Positions 28,201-36,730 of a DNA stretch of 64,000 nt are shown here, piece after piece. Each line of letters opens with the position of its first letter. The first letter of the stretch is position 1. This stretch comes from Candidatus Marinacidobacterales bacterium (GTDB lineage Bacteria > Acidobacteriota > Vicinamibacteria > Marinacidobacterales > SMYC01). The stretch lies in contig CBDCYI010000009.1 of assembly GCA_965224085.1 (NCBI GenBank), forward strand, positions 32,001 to 96,000. The letters run 5' to 3'. The notes beneath the pieces are model-generated. The model ran no database searches. It was not told where the DNA came from and saw only the letters and a program-made list of their open reading frames with translations. Made by a program: the position numbers and the translations under genes.

Positions 28201-30084
28201 ACGCGCGGACTCAGCCTGCAGCAAGGACCCGAGGGCGCCGTCTTCCTCAGCGATTGGTACGACAAATATGCGTGCCACGGAGAGCCGGCATATGACCGCC
28301 GCAACGGCCGGGTCTATCGGCTCAGTTATCGCGGGACGAAGCCTGTGCGCGTGGACATGGGGAAGCTGAGTGACATGGATCTGGTCAACCACCAGCTCAA
28401 TGGGAACGACTGGTACGTGCGACAGGCGCGCCGGATCCTTCAAGAGCGTTCCCACACTAATGAGCTAGGTTCGGGAGTCCACACCGCGCTACGCGAAATC
28501 CTCTACGACAACGCTGACGAGACCCGCAAGCTGCGCGCGCTTTGGGCGCTCCATGTCACGAAGGGCTTGACCGAGGCTATGGTCCTCGATCAGCTGCAAA
28601 GCCCCATGGAATTCGTCCGCGCCTGGACCGTCCAGCTCGAAGGCGAGGACAAGAAGGTGTCGGCGGCGGTGCTTCAGAGGTTTTCTGCCATGGCGCGCGA
28701 GGACGAGTCCGCCGTTGTCCGACTCTACCTGGCTTCGGCGGCCGGAAGACTGCCGCTCGAAGATCGATGGACCATCGTCGAGGGCCTCGCCGGCCGCGCC
28801 GAGGATGCATCAGACCAGGCCATTCCGATGATGCTGTGGTACGCCCTCGAACCGCTGGTCCCGGGAGAGCCAGGCAGAGCTCTGGATTTAGCTCGGCGTT
28901 CACGAATACCCATGATCCGGCAATTCATCGCCAGGCGCGCAGCTCGCGTGAGCATCCATCTCCTGGTGGAGACGTTACCCGACGTCGGTGATGCAGCCCT
29001 CAGACGTGATCTACTCGAGGGCATGAAGGAAGGGCTAGCCGGAATCCGCACGCTGGGCGCGCCGGTCGAGTTCGAAGCGTGGTCAGACGTCTATCCCATG
29101 CTGATGCGGGAAGGCGATGAACCCACGCGGGAACTGGCGTTGGAGCTGGCGCTGCGATTTGGAGACCGCGAAGCCGTAACTAGCATGAAGACGCTGGCCA
29201 GCAACCGTGAAGCCGATGCAAGCCTGAGGCGAGAAGCGATCCGCAAGCTCGTTCAAGCAGGGGTGCTGGAGCTCACCCCGTTGCTGCACGAGCTGGTCGG
29301 AGAGAGAGCGGTCCGCGCAGAAGCCATCCGGGGACTGGGTGTATACGCTGCGGCGCAAACCTCGGAGGTCCTATTGAGTGCCTATGCGTCCCTTACGCGA
29401 GAGGAGAAGCAGAGCGCCCTCGGCGTGCTCGCGACGAGGGCTGAGCACGCGCACGCCCTTCTGGAAGCACTGCGCGCAGGTCGAGTCCCGAAGGACGATC
29501 TCACCGCAGAGACCATCCAGCAACTTCGACTCCTCGAGGAGCCCCGGATCGAAGCGCTGATGGAGGCGGTTTTCGGAAGCACGCCCGGATCGAGCAAGGC
29601 GGCCGAAATCGCCCAGCACAAGCAGGTGATCGAGTCTGCGCCCAAGGGTGCGGACAGGTCCCGGGGGCGGCTGCTTTTCTCGAGGGTTTGTCAGCAGTGC
29701 CACACACTTTTTGGTCCCGGGGGCAACCAGGGCCCCGACCTCACAGGGACGAACAGGGGCGAGCTGGATTACCTGCTGCTCCACGTAGTCGATCCGAGTG
29801 CGACCGTGGGGGAACCCTACCGGACTGTGGTCGTGAAGACGACGGACCAACGGACGATTTCTGGTGTAGTGGTCGCCGAGGACGAAACGTCACTGCACAT
29901 CAGGACGGCGACCGAGACCCACTTACTTTCGCTCGAGGAAATAGCGGAGCGGAGGCAGTTGACGAGCTCGGCGATGCCCGAAGGGTTGCTCACGTTTCTC
30001 GAAGACGAGCAGCTACGCGACCTCGTGGCCTACCTTCAAAGCAAAGAACAGGTAGCTTTACCTGAGCCTGATGAGATCCCTTAG
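25240..30084 (+). CDS. Fusion: membrane-anchored SGNH-like domain + PVC-type membrane-bound dehydrogenase propeller + HEAT-like repeats + cytochrome c
   Basis: One uninterrupted 1614-aa frame; GDAYTYG...NDPHW; LPEGFDVTVFAGEPDVVQPIAMAIDGRGRLWV, WGPDGWLYG; CQQCH, GPDLT, SAMPEGL. The start may be the GTG at 25258. Confidence 0.85.
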   Translation: MGAAHPVKKSSKNRKKKAAVDGLPHDSNDTKFGKKKSDHEVQLLRGTFRSLRAHPGTLLVLPLVVLLLGTQWSWQGPALPARAFMYRGGLELGDAAFLELRLDKPIREFTLEAQIDNDLVLAISASSDGQSFQHLWTVPAGPEGQRGPRAWKSPVLKVDSAIGFIRLTQLEGDGRYRVSELLLRLPPRVLAHWLLIPIVWALWSGLLLAARSSRLSARASATLGWWRRADLWLAGLLIYVVLFQVPFVILPALIFVAWIVGIRHALSRARPVLATLLVLVGLSTLYVLPKVIHKIVQAKVAEAQYAAADHRLAPDPEKQVNEDGIRFAGTADDLKEEDFVILFLGDAYTYGLAMRYDQAYPYVFERMVNNDAGSRVVRAVNFGWSSSSPLLSLRLLQDIGKKYKPDLVVYNLDMNDFHDDLVYDQKLSEIDMADVAEGVERFYGNYLPWLRLGSDHVERMQRLLGFERDAQVSIPEDRFFVTNQPLEASRSNMERGSMKNLLAMHNYSADVLKAPMVLVVYPRHYQYSIRESPDNWEKDAYRVQGPYVKEPFRYLEEVRDELPYRVIDLLPVFESSDHFPLYLQNDPHWSAAGHRIAAQAVARGLAAYGLLPLNERLQGAIEGVTDAPAAGDLVSLHREEHLAAGDARSPEETARGMQLPEGFDVTVFAGEPDVVQPIAMAIDGRGRLWVVENYSYPNWSETGSDRILIFEDRDGDGTFDERQVFWDRGGFVSAIQIGFGGVFVGSAPYLLFIPDANRDDIPDGPPRILLDGFGYQDTHEMMNSLVWGPDGWLYGLQGVFVQSLVGSPGTPAHERVRMNAGVWRYHPTRREFELFAEGGGNLWGVDFNDRGQCLVTANVVPHLYHMSLGGRYERQAGAHFNAHTYKDIYAIADHLHSKAAYAGAMIYLADHFPERYRNKLFLNNIHSNRIHTDELVRRGSTYIGKLGPHGREDGNSSGGEDVPTGVRPEFWRGEYGNGGFMVSEDLWTRGLSLQQGPEGAVFLSDWYDKYACHGEPAYDRRNGRVYRLSYRGTKPVRVDMGKLSDMDLVNHQLNGNDWYVRQARRILQERSHTNELGSGVHTALREILYDNADETRKLRALWALHVTKGLTEAMVLDQLQSPMEFVRAWTVQLEGEDKKVSAAVLQRFSAMAREDESAVVRLYLASAAGRLPLEDRWTIVEGLAGRAEDASDQAIPMMLWYALEPLVPGEPGRALDLARRSRIPMIRQFIARRAARVSIHLLVETLPDVGDAALRRDLLEGMKEGLAGIRTLGAPVEFEAWSDVYPMLMREGDEPTRELALELALRFGDREAVTSMKTLASNREADASLRREAIRKLVQAGVLELTPLLHELVGERAVRAEAIRGLGVYAAAQTSEVLLSAYASLTREEKQSALGVLATRAEHAHALLEALRAGRVPKDDLTAETIQQLRLLEEPRIEALMEAVFGSTPGSSKAAEIAQHKQVIESAPKGADRSRGRLLFSRVCQQCHTLFGPGGNQGPDLTGTNRGELDYLLLHVVDPSATVGEPYRTVVVKTTDQRTISGVVVAEDETSLHIRTATETHLLSLEEIAERRQLTSSAMPEGLLTFLEDEQLRDLVAYLQSKEQVALPEPDEIP

Positions 30085-30126
30085 CTTAGCTCAACCGGTA
30101 TCCCAGCCCGTGCTGTACGAGCGGGT

Positions 30127-30519
30127 GTGACCACCTCCTCATTGAGCATGCGCGTGGTGTTTCGAATCATCAGCGCTGCTATGACAGGGGTGTTCGCCGT
30201 CGCTGTCGCGGTGCAGTACAACGATCCCGATCCCTTCCGATGGATGATGATCTACGGCGCGGCCGGTGTACTGTCGGCGTGGGTCGTCCTACGCGGAGGC
30301 GCGCCGCTCCCGCTGGCGGTCATCGTGGGCCTGGTCGCGCTCATCGCGGGTCTCGCCGTCGCCGGCGTGAGCGATTGGACGGCCTTCAGAGAGATGTTCC
30401 AGGCGTGGGAGATGAAGTCGTCGACGATCGAGCAAGCGCGCGAGGCAAGTGGCCTGCTGATTGTCGCCGGCTGGATGGCCGTGCTCACGATTGAGGCGTG
30501 GCGGGTGCGGCGACGATAG
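30127..30519 (+). CDS. Transmembrane 220-like small membrane protein
   Basis: VQYNDPDPFRWMMIY, IEQAREASGL. Confidence 0.8.
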   Translation: MTTSSLSMRVVFRIISAAMTGVFAVAVAVQYNDPDPFRWMMIYGAAGVLSAWVVLRGGAPLPLAVIVGLVALIAGLAVAGVSDWTAFREMFQAWEMKSSTIEQAREASGLLIVAGWMAVLTIEAWRVRRR

Positions 30520-32537
30520 TGGAGACTTCAAACTCCATATTGGAAGGCTTGGGAAAGCTCACGCTGAGCCTGTTGTGCCTGAGCGCCCTCGGCGCTCCCG
30601 TCACGGCGTCCGTTCAACAACAGGAGCGAACGGGAGACGATCGCAAGGGGGATTCCAGCCAAGAAGAGCGCGAAGCCGAGCTGCCGACGCTCGACGTCAC
30701 GATAACGGTGACGGCGCGTTCGCCCTCCTCCACGCCCCACTCGGTAACCGTCATCGATCGCGAAACGATCGATGACTCTGGCGCACGGACCGTAGGTGAG
30801 CTGCTCCCCTATGCGCCCGCCCTGTTCGTTCTCCCGAGCGGCTCTCGCGGTGGCTTGACGACCGCACAGATAAGGGGGGGAGACCCGAATTTTACTCTCG
30901 TGCTCCTGGACGGGGTGCCGCTCAACGACAGCACCGACCCGCTCGGTGGAGCCGTCAACCTCGAGAGCCTGCCCCTAAGCGGCATCGAGCGAATCGAGAT
31001 TGCCCGTGGTCCGATGTCCTTCTACCATGGCTCCGCAGCACTGGCCGGCGTGATCAATCTCGTGACACAACGGAGTGAGCGCGACGAAACCGAGGCTCGC
31101 GCTGAGATTGAAGCGGGAACCGCGTCTGCCTTCCGGACCGGGGGCTCGTACTCAGACGGCTTCACCGGCGGCGACTATTTTACCGCGGTGCAATGGGAAG
31201 AAGAGGCGGGCCGGGTGGCCGAGGATCGGTTCCGGCAACTGCACGTTCTGGGGAACCTAGGTCTGAAGCTGGGCGAACACGCCCGGCTGCGCCTGGGCAC
31301 CCGAGTGGCGAGCTGGGAGAGCGACGATTACCCGGAAGCCTCCGGCGGGCCGCTCTTCGGCTCCGGCGAGGTGCGGCGATCGGAGCACAACGAGCTGAGT
31401 CTCCGCGGCGAGCTGAAGCTCGGCGAGCCCGGGCGCCGGCGACACAAGCTGACCGCCAACCTAAACCAACACCACCTCGACCGTGCCAGCCCCAGCATCG
31501 GATTTCTCGTGCCTCGCTCGATGGAAAAGACCCGGTACACGCGTACCCGTGCGGAATGGGCAACGGAACTGCTCACTACCCGCCGCCTGCACCTTAACGC
31601 CGGCATCGACCTGGATCACGAGAATGCACGTAACGAGAGCGTGCTTGAGCTGCCTCTCTTTTTGGGCGGCGACGTTTCCGGCGACTACGCCTCGAGCCGC
31701 ACCACGCCCGGTGCGTTCGCCGAGCTCATCGTGGAGCCCGGCAATCTGGTCGTGGATGCAGGCGTGCGATTCGATTTTCCCGAGACCGCCGGTAGTCAGG
31801 GGAGCCCCCGCTTGGGAATGTCTTACGGCTTCAACGACGACGCTACCGTGCTCCGTGGCTCGGCGGCCCGAGCCTTCAAGCTGCCGAGCTTCTTTGCCCT
31901 CGCCAGTCCCGATGCCCTGGGAGGAAATCCGGCCTTGAAGCCGGAGACCTCCTGGGGCCTAGATCTTGGTATCGAGCAAGAGCTCGCTCACAGTCTCCGA
32001 GCCGGAATCAATTTCTTCTACAACCGCTACCAGGACTTAGTCGACTTCGATTTCGAGAGCTTCCAGCACATCAATCGATCGAGCGTAGGATCTCGCGGCG
32101 TAGAGCTGGCTCTCACGTGGAAGGCCACCGCGAACGTCGATTTCCAGGCGCAGGTTACCTGGAACGAGGTCGAGGACTTGACGACATCGATGACGCTGCT
32201 TCACCGGCCTCGGTGGCTGGCTAGCGGTCGCTTGCGGTGGCAGCCGACGAGCGACCTCACTTTGTGGTTCGATGCCCGCGCCGTTTCCGAGACGCTCGAC
32301 CGACAACTCCCGGTTCCGGAGCGCGAGCGCGTCGCCGGATACGGTGTCGTCGGCCTTGCCGGATCCTGGCGCTTTGCCGACCGGTGGGAGGTTCGCGGCC
32401 GCATCGACAACTTGAGCGACCGTCAGTACGAGTTACTGATCGGCTTTCCGGGTCCGGGATTGTCGGCCAGGGTTGGCTTGCGCTACACGTTTCATCGAAG
32501 CACGAAGCTAGAGGAAGCTTCGACGAAGAGCAACTAG
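30519..32537 (+). CDS. TonB-dependent receptor (BtuB/CirA-like)
   Basis: TITVTA, IRGG...LVLLDGVPLN, IERIEIARGP...GSAALAGVINLVT, GNPALKPE, IDNLSDRQY. The GTG at 30519 overlaps the upstream stop. Confidence 0.88.
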   Translation: METSNSILEGLGKLTLSLLCLSALGAPVTASVQQQERTGDDRKGDSSQEEREAELPTLDVTITVTARSPSSTPHSVTVIDRETIDDSGARTVGELLPYAPALFVLPSGSRGGLTTAQIRGGDPNFTLVLLDGVPLNDSTDPLGGAVNLESLPLSGIERIEIARGPMSFYHGSAALAGVINLVTQRSERDETEARAEIEAGTASAFRTGGSYSDGFTGGDYFTAVQWEEEAGRVAEDRFRQLHVLGNLGLKLGEHARLRLGTRVASWESDDYPEASGGPLFGSGEVRRSEHNELSLRGELKLGEPGRRRHKLTANLNQHHLDRASPSIGFLVPRSMEKTRYTRTRAEWATELLTTRRLHLNAGIDLDHENARNESVLELPLFLGGDVSGDYASSRTTPGAFAELIVEPGNLVVDAGVRFDFPETAGSQGSPRLGMSYGFNDDATVLRGSAARAFKLPSFFALASPDALGGNPALKPETSWGLDLGIEQELAHSLRAGINFFYNRYQDLVDFDFESFQHINRSSVGSRGVELALTWKATANVDFQAQVTWNEVEDLTTSMTLLHRPRWLASGRLRWQPTSDLTLWFDARAVSETLDRQLPVPERERVAGYGVVGLAGSWRFADRWEVRGRIDNLSDRQYELLIGFPGPGLSARVGLRYTFHRSTKLEEASTKSN

Positions 32538-32627
32538 GCTTACCTCCAATACGAGGCGATCAACAGCGGGACGTCGTTTGGCGCGATCGATCTGGACCGT
32601 CCGCCTTCCTCGAGCACAAACTGCGCA

Positions 32628-34079
32628 TTAGCTTTCGAGGTTCGGCACCTGCCATCGTTTGCGGCGAAGCAGCTCACCGCTGCCGGGCTTACCCGTGATC
32701 CGACCATTCTCGTACACGATTTCACCGCGACGAATCGTAATTTGGGGCCAGCCGGTCGCTTCCTGGCCAGCGTGGATGGAGAAGCCGGTGTTAGAGAGCA
32801 TATCTTCGTCTCGAATCGTTCGCGTCTCGTTCGGATCCCACACAACCAGATCGGCATCGGAGCCGACCGCGATCGTCCCTTTTCGAGGGTAGAGGCCGAA
32901 CAGCTTCGCCGGATTCGTTGCGGTCACGGCGACGAACTGTTCTTCCGTGATTCTTCCCGTCCGGACCCCTTCCGAATACAGCATCGGTCGGATCTCCTGC
33001 AGGTTGGGGATGCCGGGCCGGTGGTCGGTTACCGTTTGCGAGGGATTGAGTTTTTGCTCTTTCGTATATGGAACGTGGTCCGTTCCAAGGACGTGGACCG
33101 TTCCAGCAGCGAGTCCCTTCCAGAGCGCATCCTGGTCGTTTTTTGTGCGCAGCGGGGGGTGGTGGATATACATTCCCCGATTCGCTCCCTCGAGTTTGTC
33201 CCGTGTGAGATGGAGGTAGATCCCGAGCGCTTCGACGTAGACCGGCAACCCGCGCGCTTTGGCTTCCTCGGCGACGCGCAACGCCCGTTCCGCCGACAGG
33301 TGCACGATATAGATCGCCGCTCCAGTCGCCTCGGCCATCGCCACCGCGCGGTGTGTGGCGATCACTTCGGCGAGGACGGGTCGGCTGTCGGAAAAGTATT
33401 CGAGCGAGCCATGGCCCTCGGCCGTCAGACGCTCCTGCGTATGCGCGACGATCGCGGCATCTTCACAGTGCACCATCGTCAAGACGCCCGCTTCCGCGGC
33501 CGCGGCCATCGTCTCCAGGTAAGCGTGGCTCTTCTCATCGAATGCCGCACGGCTCATGAAGACCTTGACACTCGTCTGTCCGAGCTCAGGCAACGATGCG
33601 ATCTGCTCCTTCTGTACGTCGGGGTTGTTGATGCCCGGGTGGAGCATGACGTCGGCGATGGCCTGGGCCCGCACCAGCTCAGCCTGGCGCTCGACGGCTT
33701 CTGAGAGACTTTCTTCTGATTGCGGAAACGCAAGGCTGGAAATCGTCGTGATCCCACCGGCGAGCGCTGCCGCGGAGCCGCTGGTGAAATCATCGGCCCG
33801 GTCGATGTGGACGTGAGGGTCGACTCCCCCGGGCAAAACGAGGAGCCCGGCAGCGTCGATCTCCCGAGCGCCACTAGAGTCCGCCAGATTCTGCCCGATT
33901 TCGACGATGACACCGTCGCGAACTCTAATATCGCCTTCGGAGCGTCCGTCAACGGTCACGATGACCCCGTTGCGGATGATCAGCTCGCCTGACTGTTGCG
34001 TTGCGGCGCCAACCAGCGGTGCCACGCACAACAAGATGAGCATCGACAGCAATCGAGGATGATTTGTTTTCGAGTGCAT
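32628..34079 (-). CDS. Dihydropyrimidinase/dihydroorotase-family cyclic amidohydrolase with signal peptide
   Basis: PGGVDPHVH, SVKVFM, MVHCED, YIVHLS, GTDHVP, NPAKLFGLYPRKGTIAVGSDADLVVWDP. Confidence 0.9.
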   Translation of the reverse strand: MHSKTNHPRLLSMLILLCVAPLVGAATQQSGELIIRNGVIVTVDGRSEGDIRVRDGVIVEIGQNLADSSGAREIDAAGLLVLPGGVDPHVHIDRADDFTSGSAAALAGGITTISSLAFPQSEESLSEAVERQAELVRAQAIADVMLHPGINNPDVQKEQIASLPELGQTSVKVFMSRAAFDEKSHAYLETMAAAAEAGVLTMVHCEDAAIVAHTQERLTAEGHGSLEYFSDSRPVLAEVIATHRAVAMAEATGAAIYIVHLSAERALRVAEEAKARGLPVYVEALGIYLHLTRDKLEGANRGMYIHHPPLRTKNDQDALWKGLAAGTVHVLGTDHVPYTKEQKLNPSQTVTDHRPGIPNLQEIRPMLYSEGVRTGRITEEQFVAVTATNPAKLFGLYPRKGTIAVGSDADLVVWDPNETRTIRDEDMLSNTGFSIHAGQEATGWPQITIRRGEIVYENGRITGKPGSGELLRRKRWQVPNLES

Positions 34080-34141
34080 CCTTCTTCTCCTCAGGAACTT
34101 TTTCTCATGAAACTTGCGACGCCCCGGGTAGCGGGCGTTCT

Positions 34142-36361
34142 CTAACTTTCGGGAACGCTCGGCGGCAGATGACGGAGGAAGTAATCGGTCATCAGTGTGA
34201 ACCGATGCAGTTGGGTATTGCCGCCTCGCAGTGAGTGGTCGCGACCGTGATAGAGCATCAGATCGAACTGTTTGTTGGCCGCCTGCAAAGCCTCAACCAC
34301 CTCGACCGTGTTCTGTAACTGCACGTTGTCGTCCGCGATCCCGTGTATCAGTAAAAGGTGACCTTTCAGCTTCGGCGCGTAGGTGACGACCGCCTCCTTG
34401 TCGTAAGCTGCCATGTTCTCCTTCGGCAGGCCCATGTACCGCTCGGCCCAGGAGCTCGAGTAGAAAAGATAATTCGTGACCGGTGCGATCGAGACCCCGA
34501 CCGTGAAGTAGTCCGATCCTTCGGTCAGAGCGAAACACGTGAGGTATCCGCCGGCGCTCCTGCCCCAGATGCCCAAGCCCGATGGGTCCACGTAGGCCAG
34601 GCGGGAGAGGTATTTCGCTCCTTCGATGTGATCGCGCAGCGGCCACGTCCCGAGGTTCTGGTACATGAAGTTCTCGAAAGCTTTCCCCCGCCCGCCGGTG
34701 CCACGATTGTCGATCGTGAACACGATGTAGCCCTTGTGGGTCATGAACTGTTGCCACAGCCCTCGATCGCCTCCCCAACGGTTGACCACCGTCTGAGAGC
34801 TCACGCCACCGTAGGCGTAAACGACGACCGGATATTTCTTTTTCGGGTCGAAACCGGCCGGCTTGATCATGACGGCGTTCAAATCCACCCCGTCGCTCGT
34901 CCGTACCGTCAGGAACTCCGGCTTCACCAGCTCGAAATCTGCCAAACCGTGCATCTCGCCGTTCCTCACCGAGCGCACGAGCGTGCCATCCGATCGATGC
35001 AGACTGATCTGTGGCGGTGTGTTCACGTCGGAGAACGTGTTCACGAAATGCTTGGCATCGGGTGACACGGACGCCGCATGCCACCCCGGCTCGGTGCTCA
35101 ACCGCTGGAGCTTCTGGCCGTCGAGCTTCACGCGGTAGACGTGCTGTTCGACGACGCCGTCCTTCTTGCCGTCGAAGTACAACCAGCCATCCGCCTCATC
35201 GACACCGAGCACCGCGCGACGCGATCGTCCCGCGTTAATCTCCCACTCGCCGCTCGTGATCGGGTTCAACAAGCGGCCGTCGTAGTCGTACAGGTAGGCG
35301 TGTTTATACCCGCTCCGCTGCGACGTCCAGATGAATCGGTCAGAGTTCTCTAGAAACGTCAGATCGTCGTCGATGCGCACCCAGTACGGATCGGTCTCCG
35401 TCAAGACCACCCGGGATGCGCCGGTGGTCACGTCGGCAAAAAGCAGCTCGAGCTTGTTCTGCTGCCGGTTGAGGCGCTCGATGGCTACCTGCGTCGGGTC
35501 GCGCGTCCATTTCAGACGCGGGAAGTAGACGTCCGTGTCCGGGCCGAGCGAAAGCCAAGTCGTCTCGCCCGAGTCGAGGTGAAGGACGCCGACGCGCAGC
35601 TTCCAATTCGTTTCTCCTGCCTTCGGATACTTCTTCCAATGCACCTGGGGATGCGGCGTAAGAAAGTCGATGAGGGGGACAGTGCCCACCGCGCTCTGGT
35701 CCACCCGTACGAACAGGATCCGTTTGCCGTCGGGCGACCAGCGCCAGCCATCCGACCCGAGGCCTTTGTTCACGCCGTTCAGGATGTCATCGCTGCCGTC
35801 GAAGGTGAGCTGGGTCTCAGTGCCGGACGCCCGGTCGACTATGTAGAGGTTGCCGCCTCGAACGAATCCGATCTTGGCGGCGTCGGGCGCGAGCTTGGCG
35901 TATTGCTGGCCGCCAGCAATTCCGGACAAGGGTCTGAACGTGCGCGTCGCGGTGTCATAGAGGTAATAGCTCCGGTCGGGGGGCGGGGAGCCGCGAAAGT
36001 CGACTTGGCTCCGCGGCCCGGCAATCACGAAAAACCGGCCATCCTCGCTCGCCTGATAGTCCGTGAACGCGATGGGTGCACCGCCCGAGCCGAGCACCAG
36101 GGACTTGCCATCGACCACGACGGCGCGCTCGCCGTCGTCGACGTTCTCCCGATAGATGTTGTTGGTTTTGCCATCCGGATGGGCGTCCACGTAGAGGAAC
36201 GCAGATCCGTCAGCTTCCCACTGTAGGCTCTGCAGGGACACACCGTCCCAGTTAGCGTCTGGTGCGAAGATGTCTTCGAGCGTCAGCGTGCGCTTCGGCG
36301 CGGCGGACGCGAGAGCGGGAAGTGCCAGGAGGCACAGGACGGATACGAGTCGTCTAGTCAT
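34142..36361 (-). CDS. Dipeptidyl peptidase IV-like S9B peptidase
   Basis: Signal peptide, DPP-IV N-terminal propeller (YPKAGETN), GIWGRSAGG, HGIADDNV, RDHSL. Confidence 0.92.
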   Translation of the reverse strand: MTRRLVSVLCLLALPALASAAPKRTLTLEDIFAPDANWDGVSLQSLQWEADGSAFLYVDAHPDGKTNNIYRENVDDGERAVVVDGKSLVLGSGGAPIAFTDYQASEDGRFFVIAGPRSQVDFRGSPPPDRSYYLYDTATRTFRPLSGIAGGQQYAKLAPDAAKIGFVRGGNLYIVDRASGTETQLTFDGSDDILNGVNKGLGSDGWRWSPDGKRILFVRVDQSAVGTVPLIDFLTPHPQVHWKKYPKAGETNWKLRVGVLHLDSGETTWLSLGPDTDVYFPRLKWTRDPTQVAIERLNRQQNKLELLFADVTTGASRVVLTETDPYWVRIDDDLTFLENSDRFIWTSQRSGYKHAYLYDYDGRLLNPITSGEWEINAGRSRRAVLGVDEADGWLYFDGKKDGVVEQHVYRVKLDGQKLQRLSTEPGWHAASVSPDAKHFVNTFSDVNTPPQISLHRSDGTLVRSVRNGEMHGLADFELVKPEFLTVRTSDGVDLNAVMIKPAGFDPKKKYPVVVYAYGGVSSQTVVNRWGGDRGLWQQFMTHKGYIVFTIDNRGTGGRGKAFENFMYQNLGTWPLRDHIEGAKYLSRLAYVDPSGLGIWGRSAGGYLTCFALTEGSDYFTVGVSIAPVTNYLFYSSSWAERYMGLPKENMAAYDKEAVVTYAPKLKGHLLLIHGIADDNVQLQNTVEVVEALQAANKQFDLMLYHGRDHSLRGGNTQLHRFTLMTDYFLRHLPPSVPES

Positions 36362-36730
36362 GGGCGAATCCTTCGCTGCGGTGTAAACGCTCCATCGGCA
36401 CGAGTGCTGTTACATAACATAAGTATTTGCCAAAAACTACCTAACTTTAGCGACACGCTCTAAGGAGACAGCGCACCTTGGCGACGAACTCATCGGTCGA
36501 GGATCACGTCGATACGTTTCAAGACTTCTTCCAAACCCCAGCTGAAAGATTTGCCCGGACTGGAAGGAGCAGGACCAGCTCTCGACGCCGAGGAGCTCGA
36601 GCACCTGCGCAGACTGGCGAAACGTGCGTCAGGCTCGCCGGGCCACAGAATGAGCTTGACCCGATCGCGGAAGAATGCGATGCTATGTATGGCTGATACC
36701 ATGGAAAATCAGGTTATTTCGAGCTGAAAG

